A stretch of DNA of 64,000 bases from Octopus sinensis (GCF_006345805.1 NC_043003.1:40486001-40550000); one strand, 5' to 3'. Counted from the first letter of the stretch, positions 12,866 through 25,760 are shown. The notes: generated by a model not told the origin, from the letters alone. Numbers and translations are program-made.

Positions 12866-13345
12866 GTGAGCTGGCAGAACCGTTCGTACACTGGAGTTAA
12901 GGCTAAGCGGCATTTCACCAGTTCAAATTCTGCTGTTGTCAACTCTCCTCTTTTTTCCTCTTGGAGTCGATTAAGTTAGTACCAGTTGAACACTGGGGTC
13001 AATGTATTCGACTAGTTCCATCCCCTCAAAGACTGCTGACCCTGTGCAAAAATTTGAAACTATTATTTATTTCTTTATTGCCCACAGTGGGCTAAACGTA
13101 GAGGAGACAAGCACAATTTGAAACTATTATTGATGGCAAGCTGACAAAATGGTTAGCACGCCGGGCAAAATGCTTAGCGGCATTTCGTCCGTTCTGATTT
13201 CTGAGATCAAATTCCACCGATATCGACTTTGACATTCATCCTTTCGGTGTCGATAAAATAAGCAACAGTCAAGTACTGGGATCGATGTAATAAACTTGTG
13301 TCCTCGGCCAAAAGTTCAAACCTTGTGCCTATAGTAGAAAGGATA
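12866..13345 (+). mobile_element. two degenerate SINE family B copies
   Basis: gagctggcagaa head, ttcaaattc, gtaccag..ctggggtcga motifs. Confidence 0.7.
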
Positions 13346-13609
13346 AATATAGGCGTATATAAATATTCACTAGCATGAGCTCACATTCTCAGGCGAATTA
13401 TATTTTCACAATTATCAGCACATGCATATACAGTCAGTGCGCACAAAGACACACGTACATACATTAGGAATACAAACCCCTTGTACGTATACATATACTA
13501 CTAACTACACAACCTACAATAGTATTCCAAAGGTCATTATACACACACACACATATATGTATACATACAAACATATATATATATGTATACATACACACCC
13601 ACACACACC

Positions 13610-13668
<59 letters not shown>

Positions 13669-13854
13669 GTATACACACACAAACTAGCATGACATTACTT
13701 CTTTATATCACTATTCAGGTTTTTATAGATGCACACAAAGTCGTAGATACATACACACACATATGTACAGGGTGTCCCAGAAAGATTCACCCATTGATAC
13801 TTCTTAATTCTTCAAAATGAAATAATTTAAATTGTCAATCATTTGCAGTAATTA

Positions 13855-14953
13855 TTAGGTTGGCAATTAAGTTCCCGACGTTTTCTTAAATTTTGGAATT
13901 TATTGCGTTTTTAAATTTTGGAATCTATTTTTTTTCCAGAATCTTATTCTTAAGTCATTTTGGAATCTTTTTTTTTTTCTAGTTAATTTTACTTAATTTT
14001 TGTTTATTTTCAGATCATTAAAATGGAATGTCAAGTTAAGAAAAACGAGCATTTTCGACACCTTCTTCTTTTTGCTTTTAATCAAGGTTGAAAGACCGCA
14101 AAAGCTACTCGCGACATTTGTGCTGTGTATGGAGAGGGTGCCATAGTTGAAAGAACCGCTCGTGATTGGTATACCAAGTTTAAAAATGGAAATTTTGACC
14201 TCAAAGACACACCTCGTTCTGGCCGTCCAGTTGAGTTCGATGAAGAGCGATTAAACCACCTTTTGCACGAAAATTCTCGTCAAACGACAAAGGAAATGGC
14301 AGAGGAAATGGAATGCTTCCACACTGCCATAGAGCAGCATCTTCACTCGATGGGAAAGGTTCAGAAGTATGGAGCATGGGTTCCGCATGCTTTAAGTGAC
14401 AACAGCAAAAATCAACGAGCCACAATCTCCGCTGGTTTGCTTGCTCGTCACCGCTCAACTCATGAACCTCAGCAACGATTTCTTTACTGAATCGTTTCTG
14501 GCGACGAAAAATGGTGCCTGTACATCAGTACGGCTATTCAAGAGAAAAGACCTAATCGCCAGCATGGAGTTCTTTTGCTGCACGACTATGCCCGCTCTCA
14601 TATCGCCAATATCACTAAGGAAACCATTCAAACGCATGGCTGGGAAGTGCTACCACACCCGCCGTACTCTCCTGATTTGGCACCAACGGATTTCCAACTC
14701 TTTCGATCTCTTTCAAATGCTATGCGCAGAGTTTCGTTCAATACTGATGCAGAATTGCTGGATCAATTTTTCGAGACGAAATCGGGTGATTTCTACCAAC
14801 GAGGTATTGAAAATCTTGTTGAACATTGGGAAAAAGTTGTAAACAACAAGGTTGAATAAATTATTGATTAATTCGTTGTTATTTTGTTTTTATTAAATCT
14901 TTTAAAAGATTTAAATTAAAAAAAACCCAGCGAGAACTTAGTTGCGAAACTAA
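13855..14953 (+). mobile_element. mariner transposon with a degenerate, internally deleted transposase
   Basis: TA-flanked TIRs ttaggttggcaattaagttc / gaacttagttgcgaaactaa; motifs WVPHAL, GDEKW, HDYARSH, YSPDLAPTD; stops and frameshifts. Confidence 0.92.
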
Positions 14954-15502
14954 TACATTACAAAATGACCACCTTTCGCCTGCAAACGAATGGTCACTGA
15001 GTTGCATAAGCGCCGTACCACCTCTTCATCCAACTTGACCCATGAAGGCAGAAGGGCATTCTTCATATCTGACACACTTGAATAGGAGTGAGCAGAAGCA
15101 TTATCTCTAAGATGGACCAGATAGTAAAGTTCATGGAAATGATGTCTGGACTTGAGGGAGGCCCTATCATCTTATCCCGAAAACTGCTGAAATGCTCTTT
15201 GCACCACCTCTGTGTCAAATTGGATGTGTGGGCCGGAATCCCGTCTTGAGTGAAGATGTAACAGTCACCAAAGGTTTCTCTGACCCAGGGTAACACTTTC
15301 TCATCCAACATTTTCACATAAACTTCACTGTTGACCTTGACGCCAGCGTCGATGACGATCGAGGGAGGCTTGGACCCATCAGATGCAACTGCGGCCCACA
15401 CTATGAGTGAAGCTGGCTTCTAACAGCATAAATGACTCCTACCTTTGGGCAATCTCCTGCATTACGTGCATAAAGCCTGTCGTTCTGTCTGGTGGTAACT
15501 GC

Positions 15503-15705
15503 GAGCTGGCAGAAACGTTAGCACACCGGGCGAAACGGTTGTGAGTTCAAACTCTGCCGAGGTCGACTTTGCCTTTCATCCATTCGGGGGCAATAAATTA
15601 CGCACCAGTTACGCACTGGGGTCGATGTGATCGACTGAATCCCTTTGTCTGTCCTTGTTTTTCCACTCTATGTTTAGCCCCTTGTGGGTAGTAAAGAAAT
15701 AAATA
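15503..15705 (+). mobile_element. SINE family B inserted in the maT transposase, 9-bp TSD
   Basis: ggtaactgc at 15494-15502 and at 15706-15714. Confidence 0.88.
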
Positions 15706-16657
15706 GGTAACTGCCTCCACAGTGAAGATCTTCTCGTCGGGTCAGATCAGCACTTTGACAGCGGTACACTTCATCTCAGCTAACATGGTCTTACCCTTGT
15801 AGAGCCGTTTCTTCTTGGAAGTTGCTGAAATTAACTACCGGGATTGTTTTTCGTGTGCAATTAGCTTTAAATCCACTTTAAATTTCCTGTGCATTGATGA
15901 TTTAGAAACATCAAGAGCGTTTGCAGTTTTCTTGCACTCCTGCGGGGATTTCGGTTCATTCACTTCTTCACAGCATCAACAGTTTGTTTGGTACGAAGTG
16001 ATTGTTACCAGCGAGGAATAGGCTTCCTAGAGGTAGTAGAGGACTCCATGTATCGATTCCAGGTATTGAACACTGTTTTACGGCACACATTCAACTGTTT
16101 TGTTATGTCCTTGTTGTTCAAAATACACAAACATAGACTTAAATATATACATTGATCTTACGGAACAAATATGGTCTGCCTCCATACACACACAGATGCG
16201 CGCGCTCATATTAAAAGTATAAGGGAATCAGACATAACATTCCACCTCCGCACTACCATAGTTATTACTATAAATATATAAGTAGTTAAAATACACAGTG
16301 GGGAGTATGTATTATTTATTAAACTATTCTCGACCTCCTCTCTATTAACGTAATAACAGACTTGTAATCACAACATTACAACAGTTACTTCGTATTCATT
16401 TATTTAAATACGTGTGCAAATATGCAAGTATTCACGTACAGGCAGTTGCGTTTTGTATATATTTATATGTGTGTGTGTGCGTGTGTATACGCACATACAC
16501 ATATGTATATACACTTATATACATATGAATATATATATGTTTGTGTATAGGTTGTAAGTGAGTTTGCATGTGGGTAAATATTTCTTTAAATATAAATATA
16601 TATATATATATATATACATACACACACACACACACACACGCATGCCTATATATATAT

Positions 16658-16713
<56 letters not shown>

Positions 16714-17137
16714 TATATATATACATACGAATATGTATATGAACAAATTATATACATTCATATAAATACTATATGCATAACAACAGAACATATATCTATG
16801 TCTACGTGTGAGTGTGTATATATCAAGATACATCTATCTACTGTATAGATTAGGTATATATTATATATATATTGAATAAATATACGTATATATTTAGGTA
16901 TATAAGTATATGTAAGTATATATATGTAAGTATATATATATATATTATATATATCTATGTACGCTTATGCCTGTGTGTGTGTCAAACTTATATACATAGG
17001 TGGTGCTCCAGTATCACCACAGTCCAGTGACTGAAACTAGTCAAGGGATAAAGGGATACATACAGATACATGCATACAGATACATGCATACACAAATATT
17101 TTTATCTATACACGCCCATATGAATATAATATTATAT

Positions 17138-17193
<56 letters not shown>

Positions 17194-18080
17194 ATATATA
17201 TTTAAAAAAGGAGATGTGGAACACGAGTTGTGATACATAAAAAAAGGAAATGAAGAAAATGCTGAAAAAATAATTAGAGAAAAAAATCTATCAGAAAGGA
17301 ATTCTATCTCTCTTAAAAAAATATCTTTTGATAAGCATAACAAATGCGCAACCGGTAAAAAGAACTTTCACCTAATTAAATACACTCTCCCTTACTTAAA
17401 TTATTTTGTCAGCATTTTCTTCATTTCCTTTATATATATATATATATATTTTTTTTTTTTTATATATATAAATATATGAATGTACGCGTATGCGTATGCA
17501 CATACTTAACGTATCCATGCAAGTACTATGTAACAATTAAGATGGCGGTATGAGGCAGTTATTAAAGTTTCCTTTCACTTCCGAAATGCAGTCAGCTGAT
17601 GTGATCCAAGGACAACCAGTTAAAACACTGTTTATCATAAACGCCATATAATGGGATGTCTGATTACGTTTTACCAAGACACCCATTTTCCCTAACTTCT
17701 ATGTGGTCACTGGATCTGCTAGAAATACCAATATTATGTTGTACAGTCTTAAAAATTTGTTTTAAAAAGATGCTGCAGATGTAGATGACACGATGATCAC
17801 AAATGTAAAGACATCGAGAATCAGAAATTACTATGGAACGGAGAATCCTTTCGTGCTTGAATGAATATTGGATCATATTCTTCTAAATCTTTAAACCGGC
17901 ATGGCTGTCTGATTAAGAAGTTCACTTTGCAACTATGTAACTTCGGGTTCAATATTACAGCGCTGCACCTTGCGTAAACGTTTTTAAATATAGCACTGGA
18001 TGGACCAATGCCTTATGAATGAAACTGGTAGATGGAAACTGTGTGGCAGCCCATCGTATATATTTATATATATATATATC

Positions 18081-18148
<68 letters not shown>

Positions 18149-18469
18149 TATATATATTTCAATGATTTAATAAAAATATAACAAACGCAAAAGATACCTA
18201 AGACATAAACGGCAAGTTTGAAAAAATCGTAACAAATAGAAAATTTGACAAAACCATAACACACACAAAAAAATTTCGTAGCTAATTCCTCATCAGTCAA
18301 CGTCCAAATCTCATAACTATTTTACGCCATTATCGTTGATATCGTTCCCTTTTGGTGGCGCCAGTTGCAAAAAGCCACTGGGAATTACTAATGTACGGAC
18401 AGGAGTAGAACGAAAACAAACAAAATGAATTAAAATAATTGTAATAATCATACATATACAACAAAGCTG

Positions 18470-18690
18470 TGCGGTTACCAGTATACATGTCTGTGTTTAT
18501 CACCACCACAACTTGACAACGAGGGTGGGTTTGTTTACATTTCTGTAACTTAGCGGTTTGGCAAAAAGACCGATAGAATATGTGCCAGAACTGAAAAGTC
18601 GGTACAGGATCGATTTATTTGAATAAACCCTTCAGGGAGATGGTCCAGCATGGCCGCAGTCCAGTGACTGAAACAAGTAAAAAATGAAAG
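18470..18690 (+). mobile_element. SINE family A 3' half
   Basis: cttagcggtttggcaaaagaccgatagaa ... ccagcatggccgcagtccagtgactgaaacaag. Confidence 0.75.
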
Positions 18691-18900
18691 ATAATAGATA
18701 CAATTACTTCATACACGTAATGTTTAACTTTACACTTCATTTAATGGTGGAAAAACCATACGATTTTATTGTTAAACCTGTTGATATAAGTTTAAACTTT
18801 TGGCAGAAGGCCTGCAATTAAAATTTAGGTGCAATGAATTGGTTACAATTCCTTATAATTTTTAATTATAAAAAAAAAATATAGACTTACTCTTTTATTC

Positions 18901-19172
18901 TTTTACTTGTTTCATTTCATTTGATGCTTGAACACCGCCTTAAAAGGTTTTAGTCGAACGAAAGAATCGATCCTAGGAATTATTCTTTGTATGCCTAATA
19001 CTTATTCTATCGGTTTTCTTTTGTGGAACCGCTAAGTTATGGGGACATAAACACACTAGCATCGGTTGTAAAGCGATGGCAGGGGAACAAATACAGACAT
19101 AGACATATAAACACATACATACATACATACATACATACATACACACACATACATAATACATACACACACACA

Positions 19173-19217
<45 letters not shown>

Positions 19218-19385
19218 GATGGGCTTCTTTCAGTTTTTGTCTACCAAATCCACTCGCAAGGCTTTAGTCTGCCCGAGGCTATAGTAAAAGTTACAACGCA
19301 GTAGAAGGTACCATGCAATGGAACCGAACCTGGTACTACGTGGTAGGAAAGCAAGCTTCTTACTACACAGTCACGACTGCGCCTA
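18901..19385 (-). mobile_element. SINE family A
   Basis: Reverse-complement match including head and tail. Confidence 0.8.
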
Positions 19386-20203
19386 TTGCTTGAATTTTTT
19401 TGAAACATCGAATAGCTATGGGGACCAATAGAATAATAATATGAATCAAAAAGAGTCCATAGCTAAAAAAAAAATGATCGAGGATCACTGGCTTAATTTT
19501 AAACAACGACTATATTTTCTCATATTTTCTTTTCTTTGTTCCTTAGTTTGGTTTTACTTGCATCATGACTTGTTGACGTTTCTTCTCAATGCTTTTTTCC
19601 TTTTTGTCATCTGGATATAGAACTGAATGTTCAATAATTAACTTATATTCTTAAGTTAAGTACTAACAGCAGAATAATATGAAATTACGTGTTCTGAAAA
19701 TGTTCGGCGAACATGCATGTTCTATAACAGCTCGCCATTTATTATGACTAAACGTGGATGAAATAACTTCATTTGTTGACAACTTTAGGACTTTGAAATA
19801 CATTTGTGACTATTCAGTCTTTGAACATCGGATTAAAACACCTCTTGTCTTGTACAATAAACAAGAAAGCCAAGATCTTTCTGTAAGTTGATTCCCTATA
19901 CAATCGTTTGTCAATTGTAAAGACATATGTATTGTTACTTCAGTTCTAAGAGAAAGTAAAATCCGCAAACACTGAAACCTTAGGAAAGCAAGCAACAACG
20001 GAAGCATTACATTAAATAAAGAATTTACCGACAACGAAAAATAATGTTGACAAGATAAAAGACGTCGTTGTCCGTGAAACATTTAAACGAGCTTATTGAA
20101 ATAGCGGAACAAACGTTATTAAGCAAAGTGCCATTAACACACGCACGCTTAGACACGTATCAATCAACACACATGCACAGGCATTCATACAAAAGCACAA
20201 CCA

Positions 20204-20410
20204 TGAAGAAGGTGCTGAAAAATTCCCGGCTTTAATGGTCTCGTTAAAGGCCAGGTTGGATGCATAACCTTCTGAATCCTTTTACAGGTCATGGAAAAAC
20301 TGAAGGACCGCTGCAATAGGTGTGTGAACCTGAGAGGAGAATAAAATCATAATTAACTGATCGTCCTGTATTTTCTTTTAACCAAAACCAAGAACTTTTC
20401 ACTACTCTCG
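20204..20410 (+). mobile_element. mariner-derived miniature element
   Basis: Imperfect TIRs ggtgctgaaaaattcccggc / ccaagaacttttcactactctcg|TA; encodes MEKLKDRCNRCVNLRGE*, like a mariner C-terminus. Confidence 0.65.
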
Positions 20411-20464
20411 TATCGGTAGCCACTACACACATTTTCTTTTCTCTCCTTGTTTGTTTCTGTGTTC

Positions 20465-20500
20465 CTTTCTGTGGAAGAGCGTAGGCTCGAAATGTAAAAG
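20465..20500 (+). ncRNA. hammerhead-like motif (CUGUGGA core variant)
   Basis: CUUU-CUGUGGA-A-GAGC(GUAG)GCUC-GAA-AUGU-A-AAAG. Confidence 0.5.
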
Positions 20501-20604
20501 ACTTTTTCAATTCCTGAGCGTTATACTAATACATCTGTTTGTTTTCTACATCACTTGTCTTCGTCTTTAGATTTTTTCGTGAATTCTCCCTATATATATA
20601 TGTG

Positions 20605-20759
20605 AACAATTGCAGCGTGGAAGGTGTTTATAAGCCATTTAAGAAACTCACAAAAATCGTTAGATTCACTTCAACATTTAAATTTAATTTGTCAAAATAT
20701 TTTCGTCGCTTTTTGTGTTTCTTAAATGGCTTATAAACACCTTCCTCGCTGCAATTGTT
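20605..20759. repeat. foldback with 43-bp inverted arms
   Basis: aacaattgcagcgtggaaggtgtttataagccatttaagaaac versus its reverse complement at 20717-20759; one mismatch. Confidence 0.9.
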
Positions 20760-20857
20760 TTCGTTCCAGCACATACATACATACATACATACATACATAC
20801 ATACATACATACATACATACATGCATGCATGCATGCATACATACATACATACATACA

Positions 20858-20891
<34 letters not shown>

Positions 20892-20893
20892 CA

Positions 20894-20929
<36 letters not shown>

Positions 20930-20931
20930 TA

Positions 20932-21100
20932 TCGTTGTGTTTCGGGATGGTTATTTTTACTTTTTGCGAAATAAACACACGCACTATATATTCGTCCTTC
21001 ACTTGTTTATTACTGTTCTTATTCTGACTCATGTCCATTATCCAGAAATCTTTCGTCACACATCTGTGACCTCTTCAGCGACACTTCCCGTCTTCGTGTG
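20932..21100 (-). mobile_element. Penelope-type repeat with hammerhead motif at 21042-21082
   Basis: Minus strand CUGAAGA-G-GUCACA(GAUG)UGUGAC-GAAAGAUUUC; related copies at 21580-21790, 22226-22435, 30375-30420 and 30990-31110. Confidence 0.65.
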
Positions 21101-21188
21101 TGCTCTTGCTCTGTTTATTTCATTATGTTCCTCCTGAATTTTCTTTTACCCAACGCTGGAAACTTTTCAGTAATCTCATATGTACATA

Positions 21189-21559
21189 TCTATTATATAA
21201 AATCCACTCTGTCTGTCTGTGTGTGTGTCTTCTAGGATCTCGGGCATCCTCCATCCGATTGCACTGAAATTTGACATGTAGATACCGACGGTATCATGGC
21301 ATGTATAAATCTTGAAAAAATTACGAAAAACGATTCCAGGTGAGAATGCGATCGATAAAGTGAATAAAATCGTTTTCCTTTTGGAATAGAACAAAAGTCT
21401 ATCTTCATTTCTTCTTTTGCTGGTGTCGGAAATTTAGGTTAAATTAGTGTTTCTCAAATGGGAGGCCTATGGGACGGTCGAACAAGTTGTTTTGAGAAAA
21501 TTTGGTTTAAATCTTTGACAACTCAGCACCGTCCATTTGACGGGGGGCGTTTTGCACGT
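21189..21559 (+). mobile_element. non-autonomous Helitron-like element
   Basis: A|TCtattatataaaa start, ctgtctgtctgtgtgtgt tract, 3' hairpin ccgtc-cattt-gacgg; terminal CTAG degenerate. Confidence 0.55.
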
Positions 21560-21579
21560 ATATATATATATATATAAGC

Positions 21580-21790
21580 AGTGCAAGATCACACACGAAG
21601 TGTCGCTGAAGAGGTCACAGATGTGTGACGAGCGAATTACTGCCAATGGACATGAGTTAGAATAAGAACAGTGATGAACGATTGAGGAACGAATATATAA
21701 TGCTTTTTTATTTGGCAAAAGAAAAAAAATGATCATTCCGAAATACAATACCAGTTTCAACACACGATTTCACATCAGGAATCATGCAAC
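21580..21790 (+). mobile_element. Penelope-type repeat with degenerate hammerhead
   Basis: ctgaagaggtcacagatgtgtgac, with GAAA mutated to GAGC; inverted relative to 20932-21100. Confidence 0.6.
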
Positions 21791-21800
21791 ACAAATTCAT

Positions 21801-21849
<49 letters not shown>

Positions 21850-22225
21850 CACATGTACATACATATATAATTTCATTTTTTATAAGGCGTAAGAAGTTTG
21901 TTTTCCAACTACATTGTTCTAGGTTTAGTCCCACTGCGTAGTATCTTGGGTAACTGTCTTTTTCTATAACTTCGGGCTGACCAGAGCATTATGAGTAGTT
22001 TTAGCAGACGGAAGTTGAAAGAAGACCGTTGTATATATATATATGTATGCATAACCTTCTGAATTCTTTTACAGGTCATGGAAAAACTGAAGGACCGCTG
22101 CAATAGGTGTGTGAACCTGAGAGGAGAATAAAATCATAATTAACTGATCGTCCTGTATTTTCTTTAAAATACAAAATGGCTGACGGTTAGTAAGGAGAGA
22201 CACAAATAAGTAAGAAGAAAACAAA

Positions 22226-22435
22226 GGACCACTGATGCGGTCACAGGAGTGTGACGAAAGAACTCTGGCCGAAGTAAGATTAAGATTAATATAAAAAATA
22301 AATAACACTGAAGCAAAGTAACACCAAATATATAGTGTGTGTGTTTTTATTGGCTAAACTGGCAAAATGACCATTCCGAAATATAACAATATCTGTTTCA
22401 CACACGACTTCACATAAAAAATCTTGCACAACAAA
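22226..22435 (+). mobile_element. Penelope-type repeat with hammerhead motif at 22229-22268 (A9C)
   Basis: CCA-CUGAUGC-G-GUCACA(GGAG)UGUGAC-GAAAGAACUC-UGG. Confidence 0.6.
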
Positions 22436-22444
22436 TATTTAAAC

Positions 22445-22497
<53 letters not shown>

Positions 22498-22506
22498 TAT
22501 ATATAC

Positions 22507-22549
<43 letters not shown>

Positions 22550-22551
22550 AA

Positions 22552-22587
<36 letters not shown>

Positions 22588-22627
22588 AAATATATATATA
22601 TATGTATAAATAAATAAATATATATAG

Positions 22628-25600
22628 GAAGGAACCCTGCCCACCACTATGCAAGACCACCACAGTCAACAGACACGGGATGGCCTCCCCTAACGCCTGC
22701 ACAGCCGTCACCCCAATACTTTTACTAAATATTGGGGGCCTGTTGCATCAAAATAGAAACAAAATTTCTTTCCTGAGAGATGTTACTGCATGCTATCAAG
22801 CCCTATGCATAGAACTTGTGGAAACTCACCTCAACCCTGATATAGAGGACGCAGAAGTACACATACCAAACTATGCCATACTACGAACAGACAGAAGGGA
22901 AAGGAGCCATGGTGGAGTTGCTGTATATAACCGAGATGACCTCACACTCCAGGTCTTAATGACATACTCAAATTCGGTATGTGACACTTTATACTATTGT
23001 ATACTTTATACTATTGTATACATAAGACAACATAATATAGTCATATGCAATACATATTGCCCACCGGATGCCCCAATCACACAGGCAAGTGTGAAGATTG
23101 CCTCACAAGAATTAAAGAAATCCTCATGAATCTGGAACACCACGTGACCATATTTCTTATGGGTGATTTCAACTTCCCCATCGTCAAATGACCCGAAGGT
23201 CACATACTCTCAGGAATGAATCATTGCAAGCAAGTACAGGTGGAGTCCCTGCTCAACCTCACCAATGCTTATTCATAGAGCAAGTTGTACTTAAGCCAAC
23301 TGGGTCGAATAAAATCCCAGATCTCTGCTTCACGAACAATATGGACATCATTCATGATGTGAAAGTGACACCGACATCAGTTTTGGATCACAACATAATA
23401 GAGCTGTCTATGTTTGGGCCAAAAGTAACCAGAGACATACAGCCTAAAGGAAGCACCCGAAATCTCTCCAATCTGAACTTCTACAAAGGAGATTGGAAAT
23501 CGATCCAAAAAGAGATCCTCAGAGAGAACTGGCCGGAATGTCTCTCCACACCAGACATTGACATGAAACTAGAATGTTTCATGTCTTCTGTGCAAGCCGT
23601 ATGCCAGAAATATTCCCAGAGCACAAGGCCAAAACAAATACGAGCAAGATTCCAAGAGACAGGAATATCCTCATGAGACGACGGACGAAGGTTGCAAATC
23701 GTCTCAACCAACATTCCAAAAGTAGCGAAACGTCCCGTCTAAAAACAACACTGATGGAGATAGAAAAAAGGCTGCAACAATCCTATGTGAAGGAGAAAGC
23801 AGACAAAGAAGCCTGGGTTATAAATAATATTAAATCAAACCCAAAGGCCTTCTTTCATTACGCGAAAGAAACAGTCTCAGTGCACTACAAGATAAGACCC
23901 CTCCTCCAAAAGGATGGCTCCCTCACAGACAGTCCAACTAAGATCAGTGAGATGCTGAATGACTAGTTTAAAAGTGTCTTTACCACCCCGATGGAACACA
24001 GACAAGTGAACGAACCAGTGGACTTCTTTGCTGCCTCACCTATAACCAGCGAGGCGGTTACAATAGAATGTATTGACATTAGCGAAAAAGATGTCCTACT
24101 AGCCATAGATGAAGTGGACACAAACTCAGCTGCTGGTCCAAATGGTTTCCTAGCCATCCTCCTCAAAGCGTGTATGCATGCATTGGCAAAACCCCTCAAG
24201 ATTCTCTTCCAGAGCTTTCTTGCGAATGGCAAAGTGCCAAGCAAGCTGAAGGAGGGAATAATATGCCCAATCCATAAAGGGGGAAGTAGAGCAGATGCCA
24301 AAAACTATAGGCCTATCTCTCTGACTTCACACATCAGCAAAGTCATGGAACGGATAGTCAGAAAGAAACTAATCGCATTCCTTGAGGAAAATAACTTGTT
24401 GAGTGATACCCAGCATGGTTTTCGACCAGGTAGGAGCTGCCTTACCCAGCTCTGACAACATTATGACTGGGTGTTGAGGCAGTTACTCAACAAATCAAAT
24501 GTGGATGTAATCTACCTTGATTTTGCAAAAGCTTTTGACAAGGTGGATCATGGTATGATATGCCACAAACTGCGTGACCTCGGCATAGCTGGAAAACTTA
24601 GAGTGTGGTTACATGACTTCCTGAAAGATAGAAGTCAGGCAGTAGTGGTTAATGGAGCCACCTCTATGAACACACAAATAGTGAGCGGTGTTCCACAGGG
24701 CACTGTCTTGGGACCACTGCTTTTTATAGTGGCCCTCTCAGATATACCCTCAAATGCCCGGATAGCCACTCTGGCCAGCTACGCAGACGATACGAAAGTA
24801 TCGCAGAAAATACAGAACCCCAGCGATGTTGCACACCTGCAGCAGGAGTTGGACTCAATCTACAGATGGGCTGAGGATAATAATATGCAGTTTGATGCTG
24901 AAAAATTCCAGGCCCTGCGCTACCAGCATCCAAAACTGAATATTAAACTTACAGGATACACCGGTCCACAGGGAATTTCAATCCCAGAGCCTAAGTCTGT
25001 GAGGGACCTGGGTATCGACACGAGTGATGATACCTCTTTCCAAGAGCACATTGCCAGGATGGCGACAAAGTGCAGACGACTGGCTGGGTGGATCCTAAGA
25101 ACATTCAGAACCAGAGATAAGGAAACCATAATGGTCCTCTGGCGGACTTTCGTCCTCAGCCGCCTGGATTACTGCTCACAGCTATGGTCACCCACCAGTG
25201 TAAAATTAACAGCGGACCTTGAAGCAATCCAGAGAAGATTCACAAAGAAGATCGTCTCTTTGCAACAGCTCAGCTACTGGGAAAGGTTGAAACAGCTAAG
25301 ACTCTACTCCCTGGAGAGAAGACGGGAGAGGTATGCAGTAATATATGTCTGGAAGATCCTGGAAGAAATTGTGCCAAATTTTGGCATTGTAAGCTACACC
25401 AATGCTAGAACGGGACGACACTGTATAGTACCAAAAATCCCAGCAATGCCATCACGCTTCAGGACCAGCTTCTGCAACAGCCTGGGTTTCAAGGGCCCAC
25501 AACTTTTTAATATTCTCCCAAAGAGTCTGAGGAACTTGCACAAAGTAGATGTAGCAGCTTTTAAATCAAAGCTGGACATCTTCCTGTCGAGTGTCCCAGA

Positions 25601-25760
25601 TGAACCTACCTCACGGCAAGAGGTGCAAATGAGAATAGCTATATCAAACTCCATTCGTCACCAAGTGCCACATATTAGAGGAGGTTCTTCGTAATAACAG
25701 TGTAGCACAAAACGGCGGTGCATCAGCATGGCCGCAGCTCTGAGCTGAAACTAGAGAAAA
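22628..25760 (+). mobile_element. CR1/L2-group LINE, 5'-truncated, APE endonuclease + reverse transcriptase
   Basis: APE motifs (LNIGGL, LVETHL, HGGVA, MGDFN, PDLCF, DHN) and RT motifs (YRPISLTS, HGFRPGRSC, YLDFAKAFDKV, GVPQGTVLGP, YADDTK); 3' tail ccagcatggccgcag-like ending gaaac. Confidence 0.95.
22680..25694 (+). pseudogene. disrupted LINE ORF2 (APE-RT); the 3' 407-codon segment 24471-25694 is open
   Basis: Several frameshifts and stops, including an in-frame TGA at 24453 between CLTQL and QHYDWV. Confidence 0.9.

Larger units (their letters stand above)
13768..16140 (-). mobile_element. Tc1/mariner maT (DD37D)-like transposon, interrupted by a mariner and a SINE
   Basis: TA|cagggtgtccc end at 13768; minus-strand transposase pieces DEKIFTVEAV, WAAVASDG, FTQDGIPAH, GPPSSPD, AKGGHF, plus an HTH-like N-terminal region at 15900-16110. 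Confidence 0.75.

Noticed and set aside
17520-17880. YY1-like aagatggcgg motif and short open frames
   Set aside because: A single motif, stops in all frames, and no credible splice pair.
19755-19890. ~45-codon open frame ending at gtaagt
   Set aside because: The nearest upstream acceptor hits stops in all three phases, and the peptide is unrecognisable.
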